Shown here piece by piece: positions 10,692-21,731 of a stretch of 64,000 nucleotides of DNA. Each line of letters starts with the position of its first letter. Position 1 is the first letter of the stretch. The stretch is from Thermodesulfobacteriota bacterium (lineage in GTDB: Bacteria > Desulfobacterota_D > UBA1144 > Nemesobacterales > Mycalebacteriaceae): the NCBI GenBank assembly GCA_965205855.1, contig OZ242184.1, forward strand, positions 1,024,001 to 1,088,000, read 5' to 3'. Position numbers and translations under genes: made by a program. Under the pieces are notes generated by a model. It was not told where the DNA came from. It saw only the letters and a list, made by a program, of their open reading frames with translations, and did no database searches.

Positions 10692-11298
10692 TTCTCACTT
10701 CCTCAATAAACCGTTTCAGCTTCACACCGTCCTTGATTCCCGAAGTTTTTTCAACACCAGAACAGACATCAACGGCATAAGGCCTTGTTGCGCGCACCGC
10801 TTCCGACACATTATCGGGGTTCAGGCCGCCGGAAAGAAACAGCTTCTTTCCCTTCAAGTCAACCCGCCGTAGCAAGTTCCAGTCAAAAACCCTGCCCGTT
10901 CCTCCAAACTGTCTGTCCGCAAAGGTATCAAGCAGGATAAAATCCGAGCCGTAGTCACCTATTTTGTTCAAGCTGTCAGTGTCTTTAACACGAACGGCTT
11001 TCATATAAGCCCCTGTAATGTCGCGACAGAACCGCGGGGTCTCGTCTCCGTGAATCTGAGATATATCAAGCCCGACAGACTTGACGGTATCTTCTATAAA
11101 ACCGATTTCCTGATTCACAAAAACCCCAGCCTTGACAACCCTACTCGGCAAAAGAGCGGATATGGCTGCGGCGGCATCGGAGGCAATATGCCTGCGACTT
11201 CCCGGATAAAAAATAAAACCGATAATCTCCGCTCCCGCATCTACCGCCAAAAGCGCATCGTTCTCGTTTGTTATTCCACAGACTTTAACTTTTGTCAT
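10672..11298 (-). CDS. trpF: Phosphoribosylanthranilate isomerase
   Basis: [41 protein letters not shown]; start reset to MTKVKVCG. Confidence 0.95.
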   Translation of the reverse strand: MTKVKVCGITNENDALLAVDAGAEIIGFIFYPGSRRHIASDAAAAISALLPSRVVKAGVFVNQEIGFIEDTVKSVGLDISQIHGDETPRFCRDITGAYMKAVRVKDTDSLNKIGDYGSDFILLDTFADRQFGGTGRVFDWNLLRRVDLKGKKLFLSGGLNPDNVSEAVRATRPYAVDVCSGVEKTSGIKDGVKLKRFIEEVRIADNSN

Positions 11299-11326
11299 CG
11301 GCTCTGCGCCGTTCACGCTTCCGGCG

Positions 11327-12625
11327 CTACGCCCTCTTTCTTCTCGAAACGGGAACAAAGTCTCTTTTGCTTTTTCCGCTGTATACCTGACGCGGACGAG
11401 CTATTTTTGTCTCTGGATTTGTGAGCATTTCCTCCCACTGCGACAGCCATCCGGCGGTTCGCGCAATTGCAAAAAGAACCGTAAACATGCTGACCGGAAG
11501 ACCGAGACTCTGGTATATGAGCCCGGAATAGAAATCCACATTCGGATATAGTTTCCGTTTTACAAAATAGTCGTCCTCAAGAGCGATTTTCTCAAGTTCA
11601 AGAGCTATGTCAAGAAGCGGATTTTTGCCAACCTTGTTAAAAACCTTGTGTGCTATGTCTTTTATGATTGAGGCGCGCGGGTCGTAAGCTTTATAAACCC
11701 TATGACCGAATCCCATGAGACGGAACTCGCCTTTTTTCGCTCTTGCTATGTAGGCAGGAATTTTTTTCTTGTCGCCTATCTCGGCAAGCATTTGTAACAC
11801 CGCTTCATTTGCTCCTCCGTGAAGAGGCCCGTAGAGGGCGCTCACGGCGGCTGCGGTCGCGCTGTAAGGGTCTGGTAGACTGCTTCCCGAATCTCTCATA
11901 ACGCTTGTGCTACAGTTCTGCTCATGGTCTGCATGAAGGATGAAAAGCACGTCTATGGCCTTTTCAACAACAGGGTCGGGCTTATACTTTTTCTCACTCA
12001 TCCTGAACATCATGTTCAGAAAATTGCCCGTGTAACTAAGATCGTTGTCGGGGTGAACATACGGCAATCCCATTGCGTGCCGGTAAGAAAACGCCGCGAT
12101 TGTGGGCATCTTGGCTATCAACCTGTGAATCTGAAGCATGCGGTTTTTTTTATCATCAACGTTTTTGGCTTCCGGATAGAATGTTGAAAGCGCCGCTACC
12201 GTGCTCATCATCATTCCCATCGGATGGGAATCGTAGCGGAAACCGTCCATAAATTTTTTGATGTTTTCGTGCAGAAACGTATGGTGGGTTATTTCGTAAA
12301 CCCACTGGTCATACTGGTTTTTATCAGGCAATTCGCCATAGAGCAACAGATATGCGACTTCAAGAAAACTGCTCTTCTTTGCAAGTTGCTCAATCGGATA
12401 CCCCCTGTATCTGAGGATACCCTTCTCTCCGTCAATATAAGTTACGGCGCTTGTGCATGACGCTGTGTTTGTAAACGCCGGGTCGTAACTCATCATCCCG
12501 AAATCATTTTTATTGATTTTAATCTGCCTCAGGTCAGAGGCCTTTATGGTATTTTTTTCAACGGGAATATCGTATTTACGTCCCGTTCTGTTGTCCTTAA
12601 CCGTAAGAGTGTTTTTTTTAGGCAT
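11327..12625 (-). CDS. gltA: Citrate synthase
   Basis: LHADHEQNCST, GPLHGGANE, LMGFGHRVYK, YPNVDFYSG; start reset to MPKKN behind a GGAGG SD. Confidence 0.96.
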   Translation of the reverse strand: MPKKNTLTVKDNRTGRKYDIPVEKNTIKASDLRQIKINKNDFGMMSYDPAFTNTASCTSAVTYIDGEKGILRYRGYPIEQLAKKSSFLEVAYLLLYGELPDKNQYDQWVYEITHHTFLHENIKKFMDGFRYDSHPMGMMMSTVAALSTFYPEAKNVDDKKNRMLQIHRLIAKMPTIAAFSYRHAMGLPYVHPDNDLSYTGNFLNMMFRMSEKKYKPDPVVEKAIDVLFILHADHEQNCSTSVMRDSGSSLPDPYSATAAAVSALYGPLHGGANEAVLQMLAEIGDKKKIPAYIARAKKGEFRLMGFGHRVYKAYDPRASIIKDIAHKVFNKVGKNPLLDIALELEKIALEDDYFVKRKLYPNVDFYSGLIYQSLGLPVSMFTVLFAIARTAGWLSQWEEMLTNPETKIARPRQVYSGKSKRDFVPVSRRKRA

Positions 12626-12759
12626 TTGTTTATCTCCCTCCTTCCTAACAGCCAAAAGCAACCGGCCACAAAAACCGCTTGAATAACGGCCCGACCAGTT
12701 TAAAATCAACTTTTGCAAGCTTAACCGCAATAAGGCGTTTTATCAACACGGCAAACGCT

Positions 12760-15063
12760 TTAATCAAATTCCACAAGGGCCGGGGCAATGCTTTTGAGAC
12801 AGTCCACAAGCAATCTTTCGATGTCTGGTTCCCTTGTTTGAAGCATGAGTTCATTCCTCAAACCGGAAAGAATATCGCCGTTCACTCGGTTTGCGAGAAA
12901 CCTGACCACCGGAATCCTGTAGGGGGAAATACTAAGATTTTTGTATCCAAGGGCAAAAATCATAAGGGCGCCTGTTGAAGAACCGGCAAGTTCACCGCAG
13001 ATTGAAACTTCCATTTTGCTTTTTTCAGAGCTTTTCCTTATGGAATCAAGAATACGAACAACCGCGGGATGAAAATACGTGTAGAGATGCCCGACCGCGT
13101 TTGAATTTCTGTCAACCGCGAGCAAATACTGGACAAGGTCGTTTGTTCCGACCGAGACAAAGTCAATAAGACTTGAATATTCCTCAAGAAGCGGAACAAG
13201 AGCGGGAACCTCAAGCATTACTCCAAGCGGAGGAATTTGCTGCTCGGGAAGCCCTATTTCAACCGCAAGATCGTCCATAATCTGCTTTGCGGTTTCAACC
13301 TCCCAGATGTTTGAAACCATTGGAAGCATAATTCTAAGCCGGGCGCCCGCCAGAGAGGCGAGCAGTATGGATTTAATCTGCTCCCTGAAAAGATCAAGGT
13401 ATTCCATTGAAAAACGTATTGCCCTCAAGCCGAGGAGCGGGTTTTCTTCTTCTGGAATGTTGAAATACGGAAGCACTTTGTCAGCTCCTATGTCAAGAGT
13501 TCTGACCGTCAGACATCCGTCGAATTTGCCTGACATATTGCAATAAATCTCAGTTTGTTCACTGATTCCCGGCGGTTTCTCAAAACGGGCAAACGCGAAC
13601 TCGCTCCTGAAAAGCCCGACATCCCTGACCCCATAGAGCAAAGCCGTTTCGGCATCATTGGGAAAGCCTATGTTTGCGGTAAGCGATATTCCAAGCGCAC
13701 TGCCCGCTTTTGCGTCTTCGGACTCAAAAAGATGGCGCATTTCCTCAAGTTTTTTCCCGCTACTTTCATATTCGCTTATGAGAATTTCATCAGGATTCAC
13801 AAAAACAAAACCCGTCCTCCCGTCCACGATAACGCGCTCGCCGGATTTGATAAGCTCGCATATGTTTTCTATTCCGATAACGACCGGAATTCCAAGCGAC
13901 TTGGCAATGATGACCGAATGCGAGGTCTCTCCGCCTTTTTCCGTTACCACGCCCGCGATTCTGTTTTTCCCGAGCATTGAAACAAAAGAGGCGCCTATCT
14001 CCCGTGCGACCAGTACGGTGGAATCGAGAGACCCATTTGCCTCAAAACTTCCCACGGACTCTTCTCCGACAAGTTCGTGAAGCAGTTTTTCCCCTATCTC
14101 TCTGAAATCCTGGGCCTTCTCTCTGACATACCTGTCCGACTGATGTTCAAATCTTCCGGCAATGGACTCAATTCCCTGAACAACCGAGGCTTCGGCGGTA
14201 AGGTTTTTCTCCTCAATAAGAGAAAGAATTACACCGCTCAGAGAATCCGGGCTTTTGCTTGAGAGAAGCATCAGGTGGGCTTCAAAAATCTCCAGGTCGC
14301 TTTGAGAAAGAATGTCGTCTTTTCTCAAAACCCCTATCATGCCTTTCATATCCCGTTCAACCCTTGAGAGCGCATTAAGCAGGCGTTTTTTCTCATCTTC
14401 GGGAGACTGATGGGAAGAGGTGTCAGACCCTATGCGCCTGAAAAGCCCGCTGACAAGGAAAGCGCCGCCAACCGCGACTCCGGGAGAGACGCCTTTGCCT
14501 TGATATGTTCTGGTTTGATGCTCAAGAATTGCCGGGGTATGCAGGCGGTCGAGAGTGTCCGCAACTTCAAGAAGCCCGGCAAGGCGGGACGCTATAATCT
14601 CAAAAAGAGTCTGCTCCGCCGGTGTTATGTGGCGTTTTTCACCCGTCTGACCGACAAGCACGCCCATGCAACAATTGTGAAGGACTATGGGAACACCGAG
14701 ATAGCATTCGTATTCTTCCTCTCCTATGCCGGGAATTAGTTTATATTTCGGATGCTGCGACGCATTCATTGACACAAACGGACGCATGGTTTGAAATATC
14801 ATTCCCGCCAAGCCCTCGTCGCTTGTAAGCGTTATACGTTCTTCCAGCTCGCAATGAAACCCGGTGTTTGCCATGAGGCTCAGTTTTTTGTTCTCTCTGT
14901 CAATGATGTATACTGATACGACTTTGAAATGAAGCGATTCGCTTATCTTATTCACCACACCCTTGAGAATAGTGTCCAGTCCGGTGGATTTGTTTACAAA
15001 ATCGCTTATCTCCTGAACTATTCTGAGATGAAGATGTTCTTTATCGACGGCGGTTTGCGACAT
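12760..15063 (-). CDS. ptsP: GAF-domain PEP-protein phosphotransferase (enzyme I-Ntr type)
   Basis: N-terminal GAF-like region, GGETSHSVIIAKSLGIP (phospho-His), GLFRSEF, EENPLLGLRAIR, SVGTNDLVQY, CGE. Confidence 0.9.
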   Translation of the reverse strand: MSQTAVDKEHLHLRIVQEISDFVNKSTGLDTILKGVVNKISESLHFKVVSVYIIDRENKKLSLMANTGFHCELEERITLTSDEGLAGMIFQTMRPFVSMNASQHPKYKLIPGIGEEEYECYLGVPIVLHNCCMGVLVGQTGEKRHITPAEQTLFEIIASRLAGLLEVADTLDRLHTPAILEHQTRTYQGKGVSPGVAVGGAFLVSGLFRRIGSDTSSHQSPEDEKKRLLNALSRVERDMKGMIGVLRKDDILSQSDLEIFEAHLMLLSSKSPDSLSGVILSLIEEKNLTAEASVVQGIESIAGRFEHQSDRYVREKAQDFREIGEKLLHELVGEESVGSFEANGSLDSTVLVAREIGASFVSMLGKNRIAGVVTEKGGETSHSVIIAKSLGIPVVIGIENICELIKSGERVIVDGRTGFVFVNPDEILISEYESSGKKLEEMRHLFESEDAKAGSALGISLTANIGFPNDAETALLYGVRDVGLFRSEFAFARFEKPPGISEQTEIYCNMSGKFDGCLTVRTLDIGADKVLPYFNIPEEENPLLGLRAIRFSMEYLDLFREQIKSILLASLAGARLRIMLPMVSNIWEVETAKQIMDDLAVEIGLPEQQIPPLGVMLEVPALVPLLEEYSSLIDFVSVGTNDLVQYLLAVDRNSNAVGHLYTYFHPAVVRILDSIRKSSEKSKMEVSICGELAGSSTGALMIFALGYKNLSISPYRIPVVRFLANRVNGDILSGLRNELMLQTREPDIERLLVDCLKSIAPALVEFD

Positions 15064-15131
15064 ATTGAAATCCGCCTTAATTATACCGGCAAAAAACAAG
15101 CGGGTTGAAACCCGGCCTTACGGCAACAGAA

Positions 15132-16526
15132 ATGAAAAAAGCAAACAAAGAACTTCGCGTGGCAATTATAGGCTCCGGCCCCGCAGGCTTTTACAGCTCT
15201 GACAGGCTATTCAAAAAAAGCCCCGTTCCCGTCAAGATTGATATGTTCGACCTACTTCCGACTCCTCACGGTCTTGTAAGACACGGCGTCGCCCCGGATC
15301 ACCAGAAGATAAAAACGGTCGCAAAATTATATGACAAAATCGCTTCAAACCCCGCTTTCCGGTTTTTTGGACTCGTGGAATTCGGAAAGCACATAACCCT
15401 CGGCGACCTTAAAAAAAGATACAACCAAATGGTTTTCGCGACCGGAGCGCAAACGGACAAAAAAATTGACATACCGGGAGAGGACATTCCCGGAAGTCAT
15501 ACGGCCACAGAGTTTGTCGCATGGTATAACGGCCATCCGCATTCATCTGAACTTGACTTTGATATGTCATGCGAGCGGGCTCTGGTAATAGGCGTCGGTA
15601 ATGTCGCGGTTGATGTGGCAAGGATTCTGTGCATGAGACCGGAGGAGCTCTCAAAAACTGACATAGCAAATTACGCGCTTGAAAAACTTGCCGCGAGCAA
15701 CATAAGGGAAATCTACATAATCGGAAGAAGGGGTCCCGCACAGGCGGCATTCACAAATCCGGAGCTGAGAGAAATTGGAAAACTTGAAAACACCTGCGTC
15801 AGGGCGCGTAAAGATGAGGTTGCTCTCGACTCTCTAACCCGCGAGATTCTTAAAAACAACCCCGACGTACCAACGGAAAAAAAACTTGAGATACTCCGCG
15901 GTTTTGTCGAAAACACGGCCGGTGGAAAAGAAAAAAACCTGTATCTTAGATTCCTGCTCTCCCCCGTCCGCATAGATGCCGGTGAAAACGGCAGGGTTTG
16001 CAAAGTGGTCCTTGCCAAGAACAAACTCGTAAAAAACAATGAAGGAAAAATCATCGCGGTCGCAAGCAACCGAACGGAAGAAATAGAGGCTGGTCTTGTG
16101 TTCCGCTCCATTGGATACAGGGGGATCGCGCTCAGGGATGTTCCGTTCGACATCTCCGCAGGCGTAATTCCGAACAGTTCGGGCAGAGTACTTGACAAAC
16201 CCGGCGGAGAAACCGTTGAGGGGCTTTATACGGCGGGTTGGATAAAAAGAGGAGCCACCGGCGTAATTGGAACAAACAAAACAGACTCCGCGGAAACAGC
16301 GGATTCAATGATTGAAGACTTTGCAAATGGTGTTTTTATCAAGAGCGAATTTGCGGAAAACCCCATTGAGACACTGCTTGAGAAAAAAAATCTGAACTAT
16401 GTCAGCTATAACAAATGGTCGCTGCTGGACAAGCACGAGACCGAACAGGGACGGAAAACCGGAAGACCGAGAGTCAAATACACAAGCATTGAAGACATAA
16501 TAAAGGCAATGGAAACTGACATTTAG
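15132..16526 (+). CDS. FAD-dependent NADPH:ferredoxin/adrenodoxin reductase (FprA-like)
   Basis: IIGSGPAGFY, GLVRHGVAPDH, GVGNVAVDVAR, GRRGPAQAAFT, GWIKRGATGVIGTN. Confidence 0.88.
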   Translation: MKKANKELRVAIIGSGPAGFYSSDRLFKKSPVPVKIDMFDLLPTPHGLVRHGVAPDHQKIKTVAKLYDKIASNPAFRFFGLVEFGKHITLGDLKKRYNQMVFATGAQTDKKIDIPGEDIPGSHTATEFVAWYNGHPHSSELDFDMSCERALVIGVGNVAVDVARILCMRPEELSKTDIANYALEKLAASNIREIYIIGRRGPAQAAFTNPELREIGKLENTCVRARKDEVALDSLTREILKNNPDVPTEKKLEILRGFVENTAGGKEKNLYLRFLLSPVRIDAGENGRVCKVVLAKNKLVKNNEGKIIAVASNRTEEIEAGLVFRSIGYRGIALRDVPFDISAGVIPNSSGRVLDKPGGETVEGLYTAGWIKRGATGVIGTNKTDSAETADSMIEDFANGVFIKSEFAENPIETLLEKKNLNYVSYNKWSLLDKHETEQGRKTGRPRVKYTSIEDIIKAMETDI

Positions 16527-18511
16527 ACACGGCGCAGCTTCAGTTTTCGTTTCAAGGGGTCAACATTTATCACAACCACCGTTATGTTTTCCCCTTCATT
16601 CAAAAGACCGTTATCTGCGCCGTGAAGCGGAAACTCGGAAAAATAATCCGTAAGCCAGACAAAAATCCTTCTGTCTGTAACGCGGGAAACAATGGCTTTC
16701 AACTTCCGGTTTTTCTCCATGTTTCTGAAATACTCGCAAAGCCAAAACCTCTTTCTGCTTCTCTGCGCGGCTCTTCTTGAGTGAATACTCGGTTCGGTAT
16801 CGGAGATAACGCTTAAGATGGAATTTTCATCAAGAGCCGCGTAGAATCCCAATTCCGACATTATCTGCCTCTGGACAACCAGGTCACGGTATCTTCTGAT
16901 TGGAGAAGTCACCTGCACATAGCAGTCAACACCGAGGGAGCGATGCCAACCCGGCAAAACACCAAGGGAAGATGGAGCAAGCATCCTTAAAATGCGCACG
17001 GAGAAAAGAGGGTCGTCAGGGTCAATCTCTCTTGCCTCCCGAAGCACCGGTTGCGTCTGAAGGCGGAAGATTGCGGGAACTTCCCTGTCTCTTAGAAAAA
17101 CCGCGGAAAGGTGATTTGTCATTATCATCAATTCGGAAACGACTTCATGGGAAACCATATCCGTGTTTGACGGCGCGACTTCAACATTGCCATGCAAATC
17201 CGCTTTAATTTTCAATTCAGGAACCTGAACAATAAAAGCACCCCTCTCAATCCTTTTCTGTTTGAGAAACCGGCATATTCCGGCGAGTGTTTTCCATTTG
17301 GGCGATGATTGAAACAACCTTTCCGCACCTTCATAACTTATGTTGCTGTTCACAGAAATTTTTGACGCCGTGAAACGGAAATTCTTAATCTTGAAAGTCT
17401 CCATATCAAAGGTTACAAGAAGCGAAAGGGTGGCACGCGAAAATCCCTCAAACAGGCTGAGTTTTCTTTTTATTAAATCATTCGGGAAAATATCCACCCT
17501 GCGTTCGGGCAGATACATGGTTTCCGCCATCCGGAGCGCGGAGCGGTCAAGGTGGCCTTCGGGGGTGATATGAAGAGCCACATTTGCTATATGTATGCCG
17601 ACACGGGCTTCGCCCCGCGACAGTTCAACGGAAATCGCGTCATCTATATCCTCGGTCGTCTCCTCATCAACTGAAATTGTTTCAAGCTCCGTCATATCCT
17701 CAAGAAAACCGGGCAGGGAACTGTCGGAAAGAAGATGTTTCGATTCCTCAAGCGCCTCCGGAGAAAAACTCTCATTTATACACGCCTGAATCATGACTGG
17801 GTCGGACCCCTCGGGCAGGTCTCCGGTTTTTACGAGAAACTCGATAGCTTCGTAAGGGTCTCTGATTCCCGCCGCCGAAAGAATCCTCCGCGCATCCGGG
17901 AAGGCGGGAGAATCTTCAGCGCCTTCTATGCAAGCCATAAAGGCTTTCACGCACACGTCTCTGTCAAAACCTTCGGGTTCCAGGGGCTCGCCGCGGAGAA
18001 CGGACTTTATCCATTCAACCGATAACTCCCGCTGCCTGAGCGCTTCAACGCGTTTTTCAAGCTGCAAAAGCGTCTTTTCAACACATCTTACCGGAAGCGG
18101 CAGATAGCCGTCTCCATACCTTTTGAAATAGACCGTGTCTTTGTCAACGGCCCAGAAAAGTTTTAGCGCCTCCATGGGGACGGTTTCCCGTTCCACGCCA
18201 TATACAGACAGGATTTCATCAAAAGAGACAACCTCTCCGGCGCCGGCAAATTGTTGCCAGAGGGCTTTCAAATCAAAATCTTTTTTTGACTCCTCAAGTT
18301 CTCTCCTGAGCCGCCTCATTTCCATCTTGCGCTCATGTTCGGAGATTGTGCTAACCGCTATCTCCGTGAAGCGGACGACCTTTTTATCGGGAACGGACAT
18401 CTCCCTGCCTTCTTCGGAGAAAACCTTCAGAACTCCACATTCCTCGGAAAGAAAAACCCCGCAACAGGGCTCTCTCCTCTTCCTGAAAATTACGATTTCG
18501 CCGGGTTTCAT
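16523..18511 (-). CDS. RNB-domain exoribonuclease (RNase II-like)
   Basis: SVDEETTEDIDDAIS catalytic motif, VSELMI, TSPIRRYRDL, C-terminal S1-like region. Confidence 0.88.
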   Translation of the reverse strand: MKPGEIVIFRKRREPCCGVFLSEECGVLKVFSEEGREMSVPDKKVVRFTEIAVSTISEHERKMEMRRLRRELEESKKDFDLKALWQQFAGAGEVVSFDEILSVYGVERETVPMEALKLFWAVDKDTVYFKRYGDGYLPLPVRCVEKTLLQLEKRVEALRQRELSVEWIKSVLRGEPLEPEGFDRDVCVKAFMACIEGAEDSPAFPDARRILSAAGIRDPYEAIEFLVKTGDLPEGSDPVMIQACINESFSPEALEESKHLLSDSSLPGFLEDMTELETISVDEETTEDIDDAISVELSRGEARVGIHIANVALHITPEGHLDRSALRMAETMYLPERRVDIFPNDLIKRKLSLFEGFSRATLSLLVTFDMETFKIKNFRFTASKISVNSNISYEGAERLFQSSPKWKTLAGICRFLKQKRIERGAFIVQVPELKIKADLHGNVEVAPSNTDMVSHEVVSELMIMTNHLSAVFLRDREVPAIFRLQTQPVLREAREIDPDDPLFSVRILRMLAPSSLGVLPGWHRSLGVDCYVQVTSPIRRYRDLVVQRQIMSELGFYAALDENSILSVISDTEPSIHSRRAAQRSRKRFWLCEYFRNMEKNRKLKAIVSRVTDRRIFVWLTDYFSEFPLHGADNGLLNEGENITVVVINVDPLKRKLKLRRV

Positions 18512-18512
18512 T

Positions 18513-20153
18513 TCATTTGGACTTTTTAAACTTGAGAGAGGCGGCTATAAAGTCGCGGAACAGAGGATGTGGGTTAAGCGGAGTTGAAAGAAATTCCGGA
18601 TGAAACTGACAACCGACAAACCATGGGTGTTTTTTCAACTCAACAATTTCAACAAGGGAAGAGTCCGGTGATTGCCCGCTGACCTTAAGACCCGAGGAAT
18701 CAAAAACGGCCATGTAACCATTGTTGAACTCAAGCCTGTGTCTGTGCCGCTCGGATATGCGCATTTTTCCATATGCCCCTCGGGCAAGCGAGCCTTGTCG
18801 CAATACGCACGGATACGCTCCCAACCTCATCGTGCCTCCCATTGTTTTGATATTAATCTGCTCTTTCATAAAGTGAATAACGGGATGCGGGGTGTCGGAG
18901 TCAATCTCGCTTGAGTTGGCATTTTTCATCCCGCAAACATTTCTCGCAAACTCCACAACCGCCATCTGCATTCCGAGGCATATTCCAAAGAAAGGAATAC
19001 CCTTTTTTCTCGCGTGTGTTATCGCGCTGACCTTGCCTTCGTATCCTCTTTCGCCGAAGCCTCCGGGAACCAGAATGCCATCCAATCCTTTGAGAAGAGA
19101 AGAATTTTCGCTCTTGATTTCTCCGGAATCTATGTATTTTATTTCCGGTTCGCACTCGTTTGCCATCCCTCCGTGAACAAGAGCCTCGTGAAGACTCTTA
19201 TAGGTATCGGTATGGCGTCCGACATATTTCCCCACAAGTCCGATCTTGACGGTTGTGGATATTCTGCCGATTCTGTCAAACATCTTACGCCATTTGGTCA
19301 GCAGAGGATTTCTTGTCCATATATTCAGATGATGAGTGACTGTTTCATCAAGCCCTTCCGCATTAAGTATTAAAGGTACTTCATAAACGGAATCCGCGTC
19401 TTTCGCAGATATGACGGAGTCCAAATTCACATTGCAGAAAAGTGCGATTTTTTCCTTTATGTCATACGGTATCTGCGCTTGGGTACGACATAAAAGCACG
19501 TCGGGTTGAATCCCTATTTTGAGCATTTCTTTTACACTGTGCTGCGTCGGCTTTGTTTTGAATTCTCCCGAATGAGCGGCGTAGGGAACATATGTCAGAT
19601 GTATGAAAATCGTGTGCTCCCTTCCAAGTTCCAACCTTATCTGGCGGACCGCCTCAAGGAACGGGAGGCTCTCTATGTCTCCCACCGTGCCTCCTATCTC
19701 AACTATCACAACATCCTTTCCGCCGTTCTTGCCGAGCGCTCTTATTCTGGATTTGATTTCATCGGTAATATGGGGAATCACTTGAACCGTTTTGCCGAGA
19801 AATTTTCCCTCCCTCTCCTTGGTTATAACGGAGTTGTAGACCGTTCCGGAAGTGAAGTTGCTTTCGCGTGTGAGTTCCGCTTTCGTAAATCTCTGGTAGT
19901 GCCCGAGGTCAAGGTCCGTCTCGGCTCCGTCATCGGTAACAAACACCTCGCCATGCTCATAAGGGTTCATTGTTCCCGGATCAACATTTATATAAGGGTC
20001 AAGTTTCTGAACTGCGATGCAAAGTCCCCTGTTTTCCAGCAGGGTGCCGAGAGACGCAACCGCGATTCCCTTTCCGAGAGATGACATTACGCCGCCGGTA
20101 ACAAACACATATTTCACGGACTTTGATATTGTTTTCGTTTTTTTGGCGTTCAT
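18513..20153 (-). CDS. pyrG: CTP synthase
   Basis: [43 protein letters not shown]. Confidence 0.97.
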   Translation of the reverse strand: MNAKKTKTISKSVKYVFVTGGVMSSLGKGIAVASLGTLLENRGLCIAVQKLDPYINVDPGTMNPYEHGEVFVTDDGAETDLDLGHYQRFTKAELTRESNFTSGTVYNSVITKEREGKFLGKTVQVIPHITDEIKSRIRALGKNGGKDVVIVEIGGTVGDIESLPFLEAVRQIRLELGREHTIFIHLTYVPYAAHSGEFKTKPTQHSVKEMLKIGIQPDVLLCRTQAQIPYDIKEKIALFCNVNLDSVISAKDADSVYEVPLILNAEGLDETVTHHLNIWTRNPLLTKWRKMFDRIGRISTTVKIGLVGKYVGRHTDTYKSLHEALVHGGMANECEPEIKYIDSGEIKSENSSLLKGLDGILVPGGFGERGYEGKVSAITHARKKGIPFFGICLGMQMAVVEFARNVCGMKNANSSEIDSDTPHPVIHFMKEQINIKTMGGTMRLGAYPCVLRQGSLARGAYGKMRISERHRHRLEFNNGYMAVFDSSGLKVSGQSPDSSLVEIVELKKHPWFVGCQFHPEFLSTPLNPHPLFRDFIAASLKFKKSK

Positions 20154-20758
20154 TTTGATATTTTACACAGGCATTCGGTAACTTTCTTCGCCGCTCTCGC
20201 CCTGTGGCTCACAAGGTTTTTTTCTTCGGGTTCAAGCTCCGCCACTGTCTTGGCCAAAGACGGAAGAAAAAACACGGGATCGTAGCCGAATCCGCGATTG
20301 CCTCTTTTCTCCTCCGCTATCTCCCCTTCACACACGCCGGTTGAGGTTATTTGCCAGCCATCTGGCAACATCAGCGTCAGGCAACATACAAAGCGCGCCC
20401 GCCGATCCCTTGCGCCTTTGAGCTCGGACATTAGCTTATCCACATTTTCACTATCCGTAGAATTTTCTCCCGCGTAACGCGCGGAGCGAACCCCGGGTCT
20501 GCCATCCAGACAATAAACCTCAAGTCCGGAATCATCCGCAAGAACGGCGCGACTTGAGTTCGCGCAAAAAGCCTCAAACGCCGCTTGTGCTTTGATGAGA
20601 GAATTTTCTGCAAAAGTCGCGCCCGTCTCTTCGGGTAAAACTCCCGCCGGAAAATCCTTCAGAAAAAAAACCTTTTTGAAGACTCCGCTCAGCAAAAAGG
20701 CAAACTCACGCGCTTTACCTTCATTGCCGGTTGCCACTATAACTTCGTTAAAACTCAC
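20150..20758 (-). CDS. rdgB: Non-canonical purine NTP pyrophosphatase (RdgB/HAM1)
   Basis: [38 protein letters not shown]. Confidence 0.94.
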   Translation of the reverse strand: MSFNEVIVATGNEGKAREFAFLLSGVFKKVFFLKDFPAGVLPEETGATFAENSLIKAQAAFEAFCANSSRAVLADDSGLEVYCLDGRPGVRSARYAGENSTDSENVDKLMSELKGARDRRARFVCCLTLMLPDGWQITSTGVCEGEIAEEKRGNRGFGYDPVFFLPSLAKTVAELEPEEKNLVSHRARAAKKVTECLCKISK

Positions 20759-20777
20759 AGAGATATTCCGTCAAAAC

Positions 20778-21126
20778 TGGTGGAGGCGGCGGGAATTGAA
20801 CCCGCGTCCGCAAAAGAGAATAACCCAGCTTCTACATGCTTATCCCGCCGTGATTTAACGGAAAAAGTTGCCGGCGGGCGGGCGCTTTTTCCGCTTTTCC
20901 GAGAGTTTTCTCACCGTTCGCGTCCCGGAAGCACGAACAGGCCAGCCTGCTGGATGCCGCCTCACAAAACCCGCAGGCATTGTCTCATGAGACGTTGCGG
21001 CGTTAATTAGGCCGCGAGTGCGTTAATTGGTTCGCCATTTGTAAGCGACAGGTCAGTTTAACGAGTTAGCCAAGCTCGGCATGCGGCATGAGCTGTCTTC
21101 AGATACGTCGAAGCCAGTTCGCCCCC
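20778..21126 (-). ncRNA. ssrA: tmRNA
   Basis: 5' GGGGGCGAACUGGCUUCGAC, 3' GGGUUCAAUUCCCGCCGCCUCCACCA; tag frame 21036-21007 encodes GEPINALAA*; adjacent to smpB. Confidence 0.96.
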
Positions 21127-21139
21127 TAATGGGATTTGA

Positions 21140-21168
21140 ATAATAATGCAGAGGACGGTTTATTTCAA
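21140..21168 (-). promoter_or_regulatory. Putative sigma70 promoter of ssrA
   Basis: TTGAAA-17 nt-TATTAT ending 13 nt upstream of the mature tmRNA 5' end. Confidence 0.55.
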
Positions 21169-21242
21169 GAGGAAGACCGGCGGTATACTCAAGCGCGGTC
21201 ATTCGTTTGGTTTGTCCGCGGTACTTTTGCCGCACAATCGGA

Positions 21243-21698
21243 TTACCTTCTTTTGAGATTTCTTTTCATTGCTCTTTCCATCTCTCTATCAGCTTCGCGC
21301 CGTTTTATATCGGAGCGTTTGTCGTAAAGTTTTTTACCTTTGGCAAGGGCAATTTCCACTTTGGCAAATCCGCGGCGAAAATAGACGGCCGTTGGCACAA
21401 TGGAGTATCCCTTTACCTGCGTCTTGCCGGTGAGCTTGTCTATTTCGCGTTTTTTCAGAAGCAGTTTCCTGTCGCGACGAGGCTCATGGTCAAGCACACC
21501 GGCAGCCTCGTAGGGAGCGATGTAACTGCCCACAAGATGAACTTCCCCATGCCGGGCTATAGCATAACTCTCCTTTATGCTCGCCTTTCCGTTGCGAAGC
21601 GACTTAACTTCGGAACCCTTCAGGACAAGACCCGCTTCGAATTTTTCCTCAATGTGGTAGTCCCTGTGAACCGTGGGATGTTTGCATACCTGCTTCAT
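21243..21698 (-). CDS. smpB: SsrA-binding protein
   Basis: EAGLVLKGSEVKSLR, RKLLL, GKKLYDKR. Confidence 0.96.
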   Translation of the reverse strand: MKQVCKHPTVHRDYHIEEKFEAGLVLKGSEVKSLRNGKASIKESYAIARHGEVHLVGSYIAPYEAAGVLDHEPRRDRKLLLKKREIDKLTGKTQVKGYSIVPTAVYFRRGFAKVEIALAKGKKLYDKRSDIKRREADREMERAMKRNLKRR

Positions 21699-21731
21699 TT
21701 AAATCATCCGAGATTGCGGATGAGAGTGAAC

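Noticed and set aside
20780-21010. 76-aa ORF MEAAGIEPAS
   Set aside because: Antisense reading of the tmRNA 3' end
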